NCBI GenBank assembly: GCA_951406725.2
Contig: OX597833.1
Coordinates: 67,022,001 to 67,086,000, forward strand
Direction: 5' to 3'
Length of the DNA: 64,000 nt
DNA from: Octopus vulgaris
Lineage: Eukaryota
Shown here: positions 28,948-44,800 of the stretch, in pieces
Layout of the letters: each line of letters begins with the position of its first letter
Numbering within the stretch: the first letter of the stretch is position 1
Notes under the pieces: model-generated
What the model was told of the DNA's origin: nothing
Seen by the model: the letters and a program-made list of their open reading frames with translations, nothing else
The model's database searches: none
Position numbers and translations under genes: made by a program

Positions 28948-29261
28948 CATAGAAATAGTGATTATGATATTATTAGTAGCAGTCGTAATAATAGTAGTAC
29001 TAGTAATGATAATAACAACAGCAAATGTTTGAAAGGAAACAACAGCAATAATAGCAATAATAGTAATAATAAAAATAATATTAATAATAACAACAACAAC
29101 AACAACAACGACGACAACACCAACGACAACAACAACAACAAAAACAACAATAATAATAATAATAATAATAACAATAATAATAATGATGATACCACTACTA
29201 CTTCTACTACTACTACTACTGTGGCTGCTACTACTACTACCTCTACTACTGCTACTACTAA

Positions 29262-29303
<42 letters not shown>

Positions 29304-29345
29304 CATTACTACTACTACTACTAATAATAAGAATAATAATAATGA
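28868..29345. repeat. (AAT)n/(AAC)n/(ACT)n compound microsatellite
   Basis: Visible directly. Confidence 0.95.
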
Positions 29346-29507
29346 TTATATTAAGAGCTATAAGAGTCGACGTTGTTTGTAGGTTACAAGTCGTAAATAC
29401 ATATATAGACATTTATTATATGAACATGGGTATATATAAAACGCCTTTGTATATAGACACAAATATATGAATATACATACACATTACTATACATGTATAT
29501 CTCTAGT

Positions 29508-29566
<59 letters not shown>

Positions 29567-30295
29567 GTGAATATATGTGTATATGTATAAATATATTCGT
29601 ATATATGTGTGGCTATACATACAAAACTTACGCTTGCATGTCCTTGTGCGCATGTGCATACATGCACACACACACACACTCACACACACACACACACACA
29701 CATACACACTCACACACACACAGACACACATACAAACCCATGCCCACACAAGTTGGTGTGACTGAAAATGTGAGTATGGATATGTGTATCAAAAAAAAAA
29801 AATTAAGCCTAACCTACCAAATTTGTATGTTTGACTTTTCTGAGAATAGACTTTCGTTGAAGCGCAATATATGAAGAATTATTTTCCAAGCTCGTGCATT
29901 ATTCATCTCAAGCCACTGATGCAATTCATATATACTTTTGTGTATTTGTACACAAATATGTATACACACACATATACTTACATACACGATGAAATGTATG
30001 TATATACATATATACATATGTATGTATATGCAAGCTATACGCAGATTTTCCATTTCGTTTGATTTAATATAATTTTCATCACTTTTCCAAATAATAGTTA
30101 TCAAATTTTCACTACTCAAATTAACTCATGTGTAAAACATAAATGCACATGTATTTTTATACATAAAAACTCATACACGGACGGTCAGGACCCCACCACA
30201 GATACATACGTACATACACACACACACATACATACGTATATCCATCCATTTCTCATTATATATAACACGCACAGACACATAAGTATATATATATG

Positions 30296-30381
<86 letters not shown>

Positions 30382-30949
30382 ATTGAAGTTAAGTTAAATT
30401 TATCTCGTGTTTTTCTACTTGCTCGTCAGACAGAAAATCTTATCTCAGTTTTTCCATAAGTTGTGATCATCCAATCACTTACCCATGGCAAATTCGTCTA
30501 TTATTAAAGGAGAACCGATTCACTTTATTCCTTGTAGGTTATTAAAGACTTTACATTTCAATTTACCTATAAATATCTCAGAAAATGTTGTCTAAATGTG
30601 GTCGCATTAACCACATATTCGTGAAGTTTATTTTATATACTGTCCCACCGTTAAGGAACAATATACACTTACACCCGTCTCCTTTCTTTCATTGAGGCTG
30701 ATGTCTTTCTTTACCATACTATAACATGACTTTTTTATCTACTTTGATACGTCAGATCCTTGTTGGGGGTCTATGAGCATCTTGGTGCCTCTCAGCATGA
30801 TTTGGGAATCTTTAGTCCTTAAGAGAGGACGCCTTACCACAACCGATTTCTAGCGCCACCCATACCTTTGATTAAATATCTATCAAGTCCAATGTATGGT
30901 AGCGTTAATAGCCACAGTTTTGATATAAAACCACACCCTTCGCCCTAAT

Positions 30950-31343
30950 TTTTTTTTCTTCTAGCACTCCGTCGGTTACGACGATGATGGTTCCGGTTGA
31001 TCCGAATCAACGGAACAGCCTGCTTGTTAAATTAACGTGTTAGTGGCTGAGCACTCCACAGACACGTGCACCCTTAACGTAGTTTTCGGGGATATTCAGC
31101 GTGACACAGAGAGTGACAAGGCCGGCCCCTTGAAATAAAGGTACAACAGAAACAGGAAGTAAGAGTGAGAGAAAGTTGTGGTGAAAGAGTACAGCAGGGA
31201 TTACCACCATCCCCTGCCGGAGCCTCGTGGAGCTTTTAGGTGTTTTCGCTCATAAAACACTCACAACGCCCGGTCTGGGAATCGAAACCGCGATCCTACG
31301 ACCGCGAGTCCGCTGCCCTAACCACTGGGCCATTGCGCCTCCA
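30950..31343 (-). mobile_element. tRNA-derived SINE family B with poly(A) tail and 13-bp TSD
   Basis: Head GGAGGCGCAATGGCCCAGTGGTTAGGGCAGCGGACTCGCGG..GGTTTCGATTCCC; TSD CCTTCGCCCTAAT at 30937-30949 and 31344-31356. Confidence 0.92.
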
Positions 31344-31830
31344 CCTTCGCCCTAATACTGCAATTGAGTAAAACTCACAATCTGCACACGCAAATCCGTT
31401 ATAAACCTTTTCTTTAGAATTGTATTAAACATAGATAATGCCATTAATATCAAAGCTTACGTTAAAGAAAACAACGGGCTGGCCATATTCCTTGCAGAGT
31501 GTGTTCTGGTTTAAAGTCAGAGAAATCAGTGATTTATTTCATTTACGATTCACAGAATTTCAGCAATGCATACAGAGTTTGTTATATTTAAATCGATGAT
31601 ACACAAAAATCTTTTTTTTTTTGTTTATTTAGAATATATCAACTACAAACATAACAAATTATAACTTGAGTAATGTCCAGCCAGTTTTATCTATTACGGC
31701 TAATTTTAAAAGAAATGTTTTTCTATTATGTACCCCACCATTTTTATGCGTTCAAACGCACATAAAGACACATACATATACCTATGAGCACATGCATCTA
31801 TGGATGAATACATAGAACTTTGTATGCATG

Positions 31831-32400
<570 letters not shown>

Positions 32401-34986
32401 TGTGGATGTATGCGTGTACGTATGTAAGTAAACTAAAGTAATTAAACTGAAAATGATGACGGTGAATTTTAAAAGATTTATTTAACGCGATTCCATAATT
32501 CTCAATATTAACATTATTCATAGTAATCACTTCATATAGCAAAACCAAGAACGAAGAATACAAGATGGACGGATGTACTTCAGACCATCGCAATTTCTCT
32601 GGTCGAGAAAGCGACTAAGTGGTGTATTGTTGTTGGTGTATTCATAATTTTAAATTAATGTGTCTAGACACTTGATATTTTACATTCGAACAGTAGTCAG
32701 ATATCTTCAGTGATTGATGAATGAATACAACTCTGTTATGCGTGTTCGTCGCTTGCTGAGATGTGACTTGTACTTTGAGTGAATGTTTTCACCCGTCGAT
32801 CGTGTTTGTCCACAGGATAATGTCAGAATTATATTGTAATCAACAGATTTGTTGTTTTGGGAAATTTTACTTGCGCATAAACCCAAATGCCCACTCACAG
32901 ATATTCGTCTCGTAGTAGGAACTCGTATTTAAGACGATGTGCAGGTATTTGTTTCTCAACGTTTGTCACATTTTCTAAATGCAATACAAATTATATCCAA
33001 TAACAAAATTACTTCCAGTCTTTGGCCCTCACGTAAAGATATTTGCAAAGTAAAAACTCATATAATGCACCGTCAATACTGTAAACGAAAAATTCATATT
33101 TGCATATGGTGGTTCTACTTTTAGCTGATAATTTGGCTGTGGAATATTTTTGAAAGGGGTTTGATCTTCAGGTCTGGATTTTTTGCAGTTTCCAACTACC
33201 ACTTTCATTCTTGGGCATTATTTTTACAAAATTTATTCCGATAAATGAAACTGTATCTTTCTCTGATTAGCATGTAGATTTTGATGTATAAAGTCGGGTA
33301 TCGGGATAGCTGAAAGGTCATTTTGTTCTACGTAATTTGAAAACATATGTTCTATATTAATGATAATTAATATTTTAGGACACTATTCAGCAAGCAAGGT
33401 TAACTAATTTTTGGTGTCCTTTAGCATGAGTGTCAAACAGTAAAATATATCAGCAATTATGCAAATTAATGCTCACCCAATGAAACGGTATAATAATGAA
33501 ATGCCAAATGAAACGTAATGGAATAATTAGCAAGAATTGGTTTGAGTCTATACAGAGGTGTTTTATTGAGTAATATGTTCAGAAAGGGAGTTTCTTTGTT
33601 ATAATTCTTCGCTAAATATATGTTCTTATGTACACTATTAATTATGATTTAGAATTCAGGGGATTTATTCAAATCCCTATCAAAAGAATAAAAACAATCA
33701 TAAACTATGTACCGTTTGCAGTTGTCGAAGAGATATTTCTGGAGCTTCGTACCCAGATCTTAATTCAAATTATATATTTTCATATATAGACTGTTAAATA
33801 TACCATAACTTGATTACCGTAAGCTGGAGCAAATTTCGTTCCCAGTGATGTAAATTTTACTATACAAGACAAAAATAATGTTTGACAAGATAAGACTTTT
33901 CTATTCAGCAAGGAACACTTTATTCTTTGTATTCAGAAATGTCATGAGGAAATGTTTCAACCCAGAATTCTTATCCTTCGAATAACTATTCGTATTTGCT
34001 ACAACAAATAGGCGTACACTTTAATATTCTAATGTAAAATTCCTGTTACATGAATTTTGAAACCTGTTGTAGAATAGATTCCAGTATGGAAGTTCGTAAA
34101 TTACTGTTAAGTCTTTGAGTAACCGATATTGGATGCTCCACATTTGAAGAACATCAAGGAGTGGTCCGTTGTTACACAGTAAAATTCGCATTTGACAGGG
34201 ATCGGTTAATGTTTTTCTGTTATGTAACAGCTGCAGATATTCGAAGTGCATTAAATAATCAAGAAAAAGGACAAGGTTCTTCATAGATTTAGATTACCGG
34301 TAATTCTTTCCTTTTTATAATACATAGCTAGGATTAGGGTTAATATGGCATCTGTCTTATGTAGAGTAAATAAAATCAATAGAGAATATATATATAAAAT
34401 GCACACACACACACAGACATACACATATATAATACATATTGCATATACGTACATACATATATGTATCACTATATGTAAGTATGTGTGTTGGTGTATATAT
34501 ATGTACGGGTGTGTGTGTGTATATATATATGTATGTATATGCAAGCTTATGAGAGGATAATCGCCAGCGGAAGGACACAAATTAACGAACAATAATAAAT
34601 GGTTGAATTAGAGACGAAACAGAAAAGAGAAATGAAGATACGGGAAAGAATCAGAAAAATTTAAAAACATAGGACTAAGAATTAGTGAAGACAGTGTGGT
34701 GAGAAGCGGAGAAATAATCATTTTGTATGTCCCCTGGTATGGGTCCCTGCAAGCGAAAAGCAATTTTGCACTTTGGGACCTGAAACATTTTGATAAAAAC
34801 TTCTTCGACAATAGATGAAAGCTGTGAAGTTTTGTTGTGATTAATTGTTTTGTTTAAGAGGGTTCTGACATCGAAGAAATGCGCTTAAATGTTTGATTGA
34901 TAACCTTATGAAAAGCAATACACGCGTACACACACACGGACATATATATATATATATATGAATACATCTCTCTCTCTCTCTCTCTC

Positions 34987-35063
<77 letters not shown>

Positions 35064-35157
35064 ATATATATATATATACAGGCATATATATATTTATATG
35101 TATATACCTACATATATATGTTTTACTATATCTCTATATTTTCTATACATGTATATG

Positions 35158-35232
<75 letters not shown>

Positions 35233-35649
35233 ATATATCATATATATATAAGTGTGTGTATGTGTGTGGGGGGGAACGTTAAAAGTAAGGAATGCACACG
35301 AGTTAATGCAGTAAATATTTTAGAAATAAATGTTAAAATGTTATTTTCAACTGAAGATCGCAGGGTTTGTTTGTCATGGACAGCGTGATATCAATTCATA
35401 TAGAAATATACGTTACTTACTGATGGATTCAATGCAAAGGTAAGCCCATTTCTCATATGTTGATTACATTGCTCGTGTGTACCTTTGCTATGAGTTTATG
35501 GTGGTTTTGGGAGCATTGGCTCTGATTCTATCAAGTGGCATTATATACTGTACTAAATCTAAATTTACCTTATATCGTGCCTGTAGCAGTGCGAAATTGC
35601 TAGCCACCTTATTACTTCCTTATGAATACTATTAACAACGCCAATAATA

Positions 35650-35726
<77 letters not shown>

Positions 35727-35843
35727 TATATTGAGGGTACTCAATAAATATTTTCAAAGTGGAAAAATTTACGGATTTTTTCTCTTACGAGGTTTTTCAC
35801 GCTAACTACTGATAATTTCTTTTAAAGATTTTATCCTTAATTG

Positions 35844-35910
<67 letters not shown>

Positions 35911-36606
35911 ATAAGGGTAGAAATTGATATAAATCAATTAAAACCAATGACCTAACATATTTTTAAAAAATCCGAAGATTAAAAGTTTTATACATACAAA
36001 ATTTAGAGGAATGGTCTTTTGCTGAATCTTTTCTTGAGAACACATTCTTCGTGGTAGATGGCGAGTTTGACGTCAAATCCTAGCATACAGGCTGTCCACT
36101 ATTAATGGTCATTTCTCTAAATTTTGTATGTATACATATATACACATCTACATGTATTCGATGAAATCCATTTCAGTTGGCCTGAAAATATGCTAAATTA
36201 GAACTGACGTCAACTATAGCAGCTGGAGATAGAACCTATGCTTATACGATTGTATTGTTCAGAGATACCTGTACAACAAATAGAATCCTCGAGCTCACAT
36301 TGACCATAACACTGTATGCAGCGAGGAGGAAAACTGATTTCCGAAACTGACGGGGGACATGACCAGTTTTGCTGGAAGGATCAATGACATTTCGGTGACG
36401 TGCAGACCTGATAAAAAAAGTTACACAGGATACTATGCATTTGTAATCGAACTCAGGATTATGAAATTGTGGAACAAACTTCTTTGACATTTTGATCCAT
36501 TGCGTCAATATTTAAACATATATATATAGGTTCAGATGAAGGTTTACCCGCATACACGTAGAATACGTGAGTACAGTCGCAATTACTAGACACATGCACG
36601 CGTGAC

Positions 36607-36652
<46 letters not shown>

Positions 36653-36711
36653 TAAATATACCTAAACACATACTTACAGATAAGATATACAGTCATATAT
36701 ACGCATAAATA

Positions 36712-36751
<40 letters not shown>

Positions 36752-36938
36752 TTTGTGTGTGTGAGTTTGTGTTGTGTGTGTTTGTGTTGTAATCGGAAAA
36801 AAGTTGGAATTGCAACTCAAAGGCCGAGAAGTATCGAAGTTTGAGAATTGCCATGCACGAAACCCCTCGCTCCTTGATCAACGTAGTCTTTGCTTCATTT
36901 TCTTTTACATAGGCACATGTATATAGGTTTACATACAT

Positions 36939-37043
<105 letters not shown>

Positions 37044-37070
37044 CATACAAATAGTATATATACGTGTGCG

Positions 37071-37130
<60 letters not shown>

Positions 37131-37331
37131 CATACATATATATAGATAGATAGATAGATTGATAGATATATAGATACATAGATAGATAGATAGATGCATA
37201 GCGGGAGTGAGTGAAAGAGAGAGAGAAAAGACATTTTATGAACATATATATATGCATATATATGTATATATATGTTCGTGTATCTCTCTCTCTCTCTCTC
37301 TCTCTCTGTGTCTATCTATCTCTTTATATCA

Positions 37332-37405
<74 letters not shown>

Positions 37406-37863
37406 ATATCTATCTATCTATCTATCTGTGTTCATTTTTCTCTCTATATAACAATGCATACTAGTACACCGAACAGAGAGCTGCTCTCCTCTTACTGACA
37501 TCACTTAAAAAACATAAAGACATCCCGATAAAAGTAACATGAAATCCCAGTAGAACGGACATTTCCAATTCATTTCTCTTCAAACAGTCTTTCGTTTCTA
37601 ATTAGTTTCAACGTTCGCGTGACCTCCCATGGACAGAAATTCTTCTGCGCCTTTCCCAAATGAATGAAGAAAATGTAATTCGATAAAGCATAATTTCCTC
37701 TCGCCCCAAAAATATTTCGTTTGATGAGGCAAAAAGAGAAAAAAAATCTTTTATTCCTTCCTGCTGTAATGAATTCAAATTGCACTCACCAATAAGCTGT
37801 TGCAGTCATCAGAATACTGAACTATGTATCTCAACAGGTACGCAAAAATACAATATTACCAAC

Positions 37864-37909
<46 letters not shown>

Positions 37910-38060
37910 CAGCACTTCCAAATAAATTCGGTTACTAAAATATGCATATATATCTACAAGTAAGATTTCCACGAAACACACAGGTGACAGATTGATAAAC
38001 ACGACCACCACACATATAGACATCATGATATTCGCAGGTACGGACATCCGGCAACAAACG

Positions 38061-38113
<53 letters not shown>

Positions 38114-38301
38114 CATGCATATATGTGCACACACGGGAATCTTCAAAGTAACATATGCATGCACCGAAATTTCCAAAGAGACATATGCACACGAAACCAG
38201 AAAAAACTAATGCTGAAGCATTCGAAAACCAAAAATCAAAAGAAGTTCGAAAATATTTTGTGGAATAGCCATATCCTAATAGAAGTTTGAATAAGAATTT
38301 C

Positions 38302-38336
38302 TTACCTGATGAGCTATGTTATGGCGAAACAAGTTG
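38302..38336 (+). ncRNA. Degenerate minimal hammerhead-like motif
   Basis: CUGAUGA GCUAU-GUU-AUGGC GAAAC AA GUU; helix I not retained; AATAAA follows. Confidence 0.45.
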
Positions 38337-38534
38337 CTCTTGGTTAATAAATGAATTTACAGATCATAATAGAAGAAATATATATCTTATATACCTTGTT
38401 TTATAAATAAGTCTTTTGTTTAATATTGCTTCCATAACCACACGCTCTCACACACACACACACACACACACACACAAATATATGAATTTATATAAATATA
38501 CAAATATGTGTATCTATCTATTTATTTATATATA

Positions 38535-38668
38535 GACGCCGGCGTGGGTGTGTGGCAAGTAGCTTATTTACCAGCCACATGGTTCAGGGTTCAGTCCCAT
38601 TGCGTGGCACCTTGGGCAGGTGTCTTCTACTATAGCCACGGGCCGGCCAAAGTGAAAGAAGACCGTCG

Positions 38669-38713
<45 letters not shown>

Positions 38714-38920
38714 ATACGACGGTCTTCTTTCACATATATATATGTGTGTGTCGCTTGGCAACCGATGTTCGTGTGTTATTGTCCCTGTAACATAGCGGTT
38801 CAGCAAAAGAGACCGATAGGATGAGTACTAGGCTTAGAAAGAATAAGCCCTGGGGTCGATTTGTTCGACGAAAGACCGAAGTCAAATGACTGAAATAAAT
38901 TAAAGGATAAAAGAGAAAAA
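38535..38920 (+). mobile_element. SINE family A, diverged
   Basis: Same head, body and tail blocks with deletions. Confidence 0.8.
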
Positions 38921-38925
38921 ACAAA

Positions 38926-38963
<38 letters not shown>

Positions 38964-39009
38964 AATAAAGTAAAAGACGGAAGATGGGATGTACGATAAT
39001 TTATTATTA

Positions 39010-39113
39010 ATCACGACAATTGTTTCGACACATCTAGCATCGATCCCTCATGTGTGCGACTCAACAACCGGTTCAGGAGCATCCGTCGGTGCTGCTGTAT
39101 CTCATCGAGTGAT
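39010..39113 (-). ncRNA. Hammerhead-like motif with UCGAUGA core and large helix-II insertion
   Basis: AUCAC UCGAUGA GAUACA...(~65 nt)...UGUGUC GAA ACAAUUGU C GUGAU: perfect 5-bp helix I, 6-bp helix II, palindromic helix III. Confidence 0.6.
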
Positions 39114-40037
39114 AAATGGAGTGGCAAATATCAAAACTATTACTATTGTTATACAGACCCACGTTGGTTCCATACGGATTGCTTGCTTATAGGTCGTGCA
39201 ATAGACAACTAAAATCACGGAAACCTATTTCGATGACCTTGTATATATGCAACAGTACATGTGTATGTGTAAAGGCGCGTGTCGTAGTGGTTAAGCTGTT
39301 GCACGCACGATCGTTAGAACGAGGGATCGATTCTCTGAAAAGCCTGCGCGTTACTTCATTTCACATTGATCCAGCATCGTCTTGTAACAGGGTCGTTGGT
39401 GGAGTGGGGATACTGGCCTGGTAGCCCCTCCATCAGGCTGACATCATTTGGAGGCTAAATCGATGCAAAGGTGCATTGTGACCAGCGATGTGTAACACTA
39501 TCTGATAGCTAGGTCGGTCACGTGATCACGTGATCACGTGACGTGTATATACATAAATATACAATTATGTACTCGTATATATGTATACATATATATATAT
39601 TCATATAAGCATTATCTATCTATATATGTGTTCGCGTCTGTGTGTGCGTGTGTGGATGTGTGTATATGTGTGTGTGTGTGTATGTAGGTGTGTGTGTGAT
39701 CATTTCCTCTCACTACCACGAAATCTTATTTATTATTAACATAACACTGACATCTTGATAAATCATGTAATCAAGCCGTGATATATTAGAGACATACCAA
39801 AAGAAAATGAAAACCACAATAAAAGAACGACAATGTTTCTTCATCATTTCACGCGATTGGCAGCCCGCCATCTTCAAATAGAAATGTGGATTTATCGCCG
39901 GACATTACTCTCTAAATATCTTTTCTAACTCTACACGCCATAACTCGTGTTCGCTCTCTCTTTTGTTTGCAAAACACACATACACTCACATACATATATG
40001 TATATGTGTGTGTGTATACACAGACTCACTCACGCCA

Positions 40038-40093
<56 letters not shown>

Positions 40094-40216
40094 CACACGT
40101 ATATATATGAATGCATTTTCATATGCATCGTTGTAACTTTATACATGTTTGTAAGGCTATTCTTTTATATGTTTATACAATAAATATGTATATGTATCTA
40201 TATATCTAGGTGTGTG

Positions 40217-40303
<87 letters not shown>

Positions 40304-40510
40304 TACAAAGTAAGATAGGGGTTATGGGTGTTAGGATTTCAATAATTTATTATATGACTTTTAAAATCTGTATTTGTATTATTATCTTAATAATATATAA
40401 TATTTTATATGCTTTTGATGTTCTCATTTGTTAAATGAATAAATAATCCAACGTTATAATATCCGTATGTTGATAAACAAACTGAATTTGTTTCTGCATT
40501 TTCTTTTTTC

Positions 40511-40593
<83 letters not shown>

Positions 40594-41017
40594 TACATGA
40601 ATAAACACACATGCGAGTATGTATGCATCTCGTGTGTGCAGTAGCAGTTGTGCAGTGTTCTTTTGGATCTGTTCCATGTTCGTCTGGGTCGCTCCTTGGA
40701 ATGGAAAATATGGCGGAAGACTTTAATTAATGAGAACGCATTAGTAATTTGACTTTCGCAATATTTTGATAGCAAACAGCTATAGACACACGACCACAGT
40801 GAGACTCCCCACACGCACTCACACACAAAGGCACACACACAGACATACATACACATTCATATGTGTCACAGACACATAGACATATATACAAAAATATACA
40901 TGTACACTATATATCTGTCTATCTATATATCTATCTCTCCCCCTCTCTCTCTATCTATCTATCAATCTATCTCTCTTTCTCTATCTATCTGTCAATCTCT
41001 CTCTCTCTCTCTCTTTC

Positions 41018-41075
<58 letters not shown>

Positions 41076-41534
41076 AATTTATCTTTAAATCAAACTCTCT
41101 CTATGTCTCTCTCTCTCTCTCTCTCTCTGTGTCTGTCTCTCTCTGTGTCTCTCTCTGTATCTGTCTATTCATCCATGCTTTTCCTAATTATCTCGCTGCT
41201 TGCTTAATCGTATCTACGCATATGTGTATTCATATGAACATATGTATATATATATATACACATATGTTACACATTCATTCTCTGTGCGTAAATATCAACC
41301 TGTGTCTTTCAAAAGCTATAGATCGCGCAACGTGTCATTAATCACAACAGAACACATTGCAAACGGATAATGGAGAGAATTTGTCAAGCACTTTTGCTAA
41401 AATACTTGTTACATATGTCCTGTTTGTTAATTTTACATAGAATCAGTTGACAACGCAATTTATAAAAGGAATATTTCATTCAAACAGAATCCATTCTCTT
41501 CTACTTGGACTTGGCGATAGCTTAATATTAAATA

Positions 41535-41923
41535 CTAGCAGTATCGCCCGGCGTTGCTCGGGTTTGTAAGGGAAATAACTATAAAGCATTTTTAGAGAGT
41601 TATAGCCAAAAATAGCAAAAAAATGCATTAAAAATGGAAAAAAATATGATGGTAAATTTTTTTTTAAATCGTTGACTCATCGTAGATATTTTTAGAGAGT
41701 TACTTCCCTTTAAAAAAATATGCATTAAAATGGAAAAAATGATGGTAAATTATTTTTTAAATCGTAGACTCATCGTAGACGCACGCTAATACCTAGAAGG
41801 GCTTGATATGAATCACGACTATAAGATACCCGGTTTTGGTTAAACTGCACCGTAAAATTTGGGAGTAGTTAGGAATCTAAATCGGAGTAGACAGACACAC
41901 AACCTTTCTTTTATATATAAAGA
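41535..41923 (-). mobile_element. Non-autonomous Helitron
   Basis: On - strand: 5' TC(TTTATATATAAAAG), subterminal hairpin CCCGAGC-AAC-GCCGGG, 3' CTAG, inserted between A and T with no TSD; internal partial tandem duplication. Confidence 0.85.
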
Positions 41924-42030
41924 TTACCAAAGTAGCCTCGTTATGGAAGTATGACTGGCGGGATCTCGGAGCCCGCCTTGGTTTTAAAGGAAGCATGGAC
42001 TATGGTGGAGTACACGGACACAAGCGATGA

Positions 42031-42805
42031 TGAGGTGGAAAATTGACAAGAGCTTGAAAAGCCTCAGTGTTATAATGTTTAAGAGGCTCAGCGCCTCATT
42101 TGTAAATGGACTAGTGTTGATTGTATACTCTTTTACTCTTTTACTTGTTTCAGTCATTTGACTGCGGCCATGCTGGAGTACCGCCTTTAATCGAGCAACT
42201 CGACCCCGGGACTTATACTTTTTGTAAGCCCAGTACTTATTCTATCGGTCTCTTTTGCCGAACCGCTAGGTGACGGAGACATAAACACACCAGCATCATT
42301 TGTGAAACAATGCTAGGGGGACAAACACAGACACACAAACACACACTCACATATATATATACATATATACGACAAAGCTTCTTTCAGTTTCCGTCTACCA
42401 AATCCACTCACAAGGCATTGGTCGGCCCGGGGCTATAGCAGAAGACACTCGCCCAAGGTGCCACGCAGTGGGACTGAACTCGGAACCATGTGGCTGGTTA
42501 GCAAGCTACTTACCACACAGCCACGAATATTTTATTATAAGTTATTGTATGTTATTGACTATTAAGTCCAATAATTCTAAGAACTGTAGTGAGATGTTCA
42601 AAACCTCGTTGAGGTGGAAAAATTGACAAGAGGTTGAAAGACCTCAATGTTATAATGTGTAAGAGGCTCAGCGCCTCATTTGAAAATGGACTAGTGTTGA
42701 TTGTATAGTGAATATTTTATTGTATGTTATTGCATGTTAATATTTGTAATGGACTATTAAGTCCAATAATTGCAAAAACTGTTGTGAGAGGTTCAATACC
42801 TCGTT
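42031..42805 (+). repeat. Two ~190-bp tandem units (first interrupted by a SINE)
   Basis: TGAGGTGGAAAATTGACAAGAG...AAGAGGCTCAGCGCCTCATTTG...ACCTCGT at 42031 and 42610. Confidence 0.85.
42127..42524 (-). mobile_element. SINE family A inserted in a tandem-repeat unit
   Basis: Reverse complement of family A; interrupts the first ~190-bp unit of the 42031-42805 repeat. Confidence 0.9.
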
Positions 42806-43380
42806 TTGTTTATTCTTTTGTAAAAAAAGAAAGAACAGTATTTTAGAGAAGCAGAAAATCGGCGGGCATTTTTTTCCTTCTCTCATCAATATCCTACTTA
42901 TTTCACCATTCACATCATCAATGTATGTGTCCAGCCCGCAAGCTACTCTTTGTAATGCCTTTATGGCAAATCTTAATGAAATAAAGTGTAACCGGCGGGG
43001 AAACAGCAGTGTTTGATTTGGAATGCAAGAAATGGCGTGTTCATGTCTAATGATCAACTGTTTCGTTTTTCTATGTCTCTTATGCTCCCAATTCGAAATT
43101 ATAAAGGCCAGCATGATTTGCTTTTTTTTTAGGTGAAGAAATGAAGCAGTCAGCTTGAATTCCGTGAACAATCTGCGACGAATCTAAAGAGCTAGGGGCC
43201 ATGCACGAACGAGTATGAGGCCGTAATTAGGAAATCTACCACGCTTTTCGAAATTACCATCACACGGAAATGGAATCTCACCCATTTGATGACTCAGCGG
43301 CACATCTTACGACCAAGAGGCACCTTGTGTGCGTGAATGTGTATACATGAATGTGTATACATATGCATGTCTATAAATAC

Positions 43381-43411
<31 letters not shown>

Positions 43412-43898
43412 CATGTATATCTACATATATGTGTATATCTCTATATTTCCCCCACCCCGGAAACTGCAGCCCTAATGCCAAGATTTAACGCCTGTAATTT
43501 GATTTGATACCACGTTAATTTTATGCATGTGTGTATACATATATATATATTTCTTTCAAGTATATAATTAAAATTTATATAATTATAATGAAGGGTGCTG
43601 GAATGCCAGGGCCTATACGCTAGAAGTAGATGTCAAATACCTACAATCCACTCTAAATTTGTTCTCCATTTCTAACTTCAGGTCGAAAGAAGATTTACAA
43701 AATTTCGGATAAAACAAATTTAGAGTGGATTGTTGGTACTTGACGTCTAGTTCTAGCGTATAGGCGCCGGCATCACAGCGGCCTCAATTAGAATTAGATT
43801 TTTATATACATAAAATTTAATTTTACTGATATGGTCATTTTTGTATACGCTAGTCACTGATATAATGATTATATCCTCAATGTACATATATGGTTGTA

Positions 43899-43954
<56 letters not shown>

Positions 43955-44100
43955 ACTTATAAATAGGGGCAAAAGAAAAAGAATTCTAATGCCAAATATG
44001 CTGAAAGTAGACACATTGTCCATAACCATATAATTTATCACAATAAGCACGTTACTCGAAGAAAGCCCACAGAAATTTCTAAAAAATTCCCTTATTACCA

Positions 44101-44154
44101 TATCGGACCCGATTTCAGAGTTAGTTCATAAGAACCTTCCCTTCGTCAGTGATA
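44101..44154 (-). ncRNA. Type I hammerhead-like motif with extended helix II
   Basis: UAUCA CUGACGA AGGG-aag-GUUC-uuau-GAAC-uaa-CUCU GAAA UCGG GUC CGAUA; in a repeat that starts at the (TA)n ending ~43952. Confidence 0.65.
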
Positions 44155-44393
44155 AATGCGGTAAAAAATAAATAAAATACTTACTTACACCCATGGAAGA
44201 AGCAAACACTAAGTCATGAGCACAATTAAGTACCCCACATATATCCAAAATAGAAATTCTCGGGCCCATTCGAGGCACGTGCGATTCGAACTGAAACTCT
44301 CATAGAATGAGAGAGTCCGGAAGTGAACACTATTCAATTTACATCTAATATAGGATAACATTTTTCCCAAATTAATAAGCATATATAGTGTGA

Positions 44394-44433
<40 letters not shown>

Positions 44434-44480
44434 GTGTGTATAGATATATACATATGTTTATATATATATATATATATATA

Positions 44481-44800
44481 TGGCTCAGTGGTTAGAGCGT
44501 CGAGCTTACGATCGTGAGGTTGTGAGCTCGAATCCCGGACCGGGCTGCGTGTTGTGTTCTTGAGCAAGGCACTTTATTTCACGTTGCTCCAGTTCACTCA
44601 GCTGTAGAAATGAGGTGCGACGTCACTGGTGCCAAGCTGTATCGACCTTTGTCTTTCCCTTGGATAATACTGGTGGCGTGGAGAGGGAGGCTGGTATGCA
44701 TGGGCGACTGCTGGTCTTCCATAAACAACCTTGCCCGGACTTGTGTCTAGGAGGGTAACTTTCTAGGTGCAATCCCATGGTCATTCATGACCGAAGGGGG

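Noticed and set aside
41925-42046. Possible coding tail (..WTMVEYTDTSDDEVEN*)
   Set aside because: Too short, no recognisable domain or splice support.
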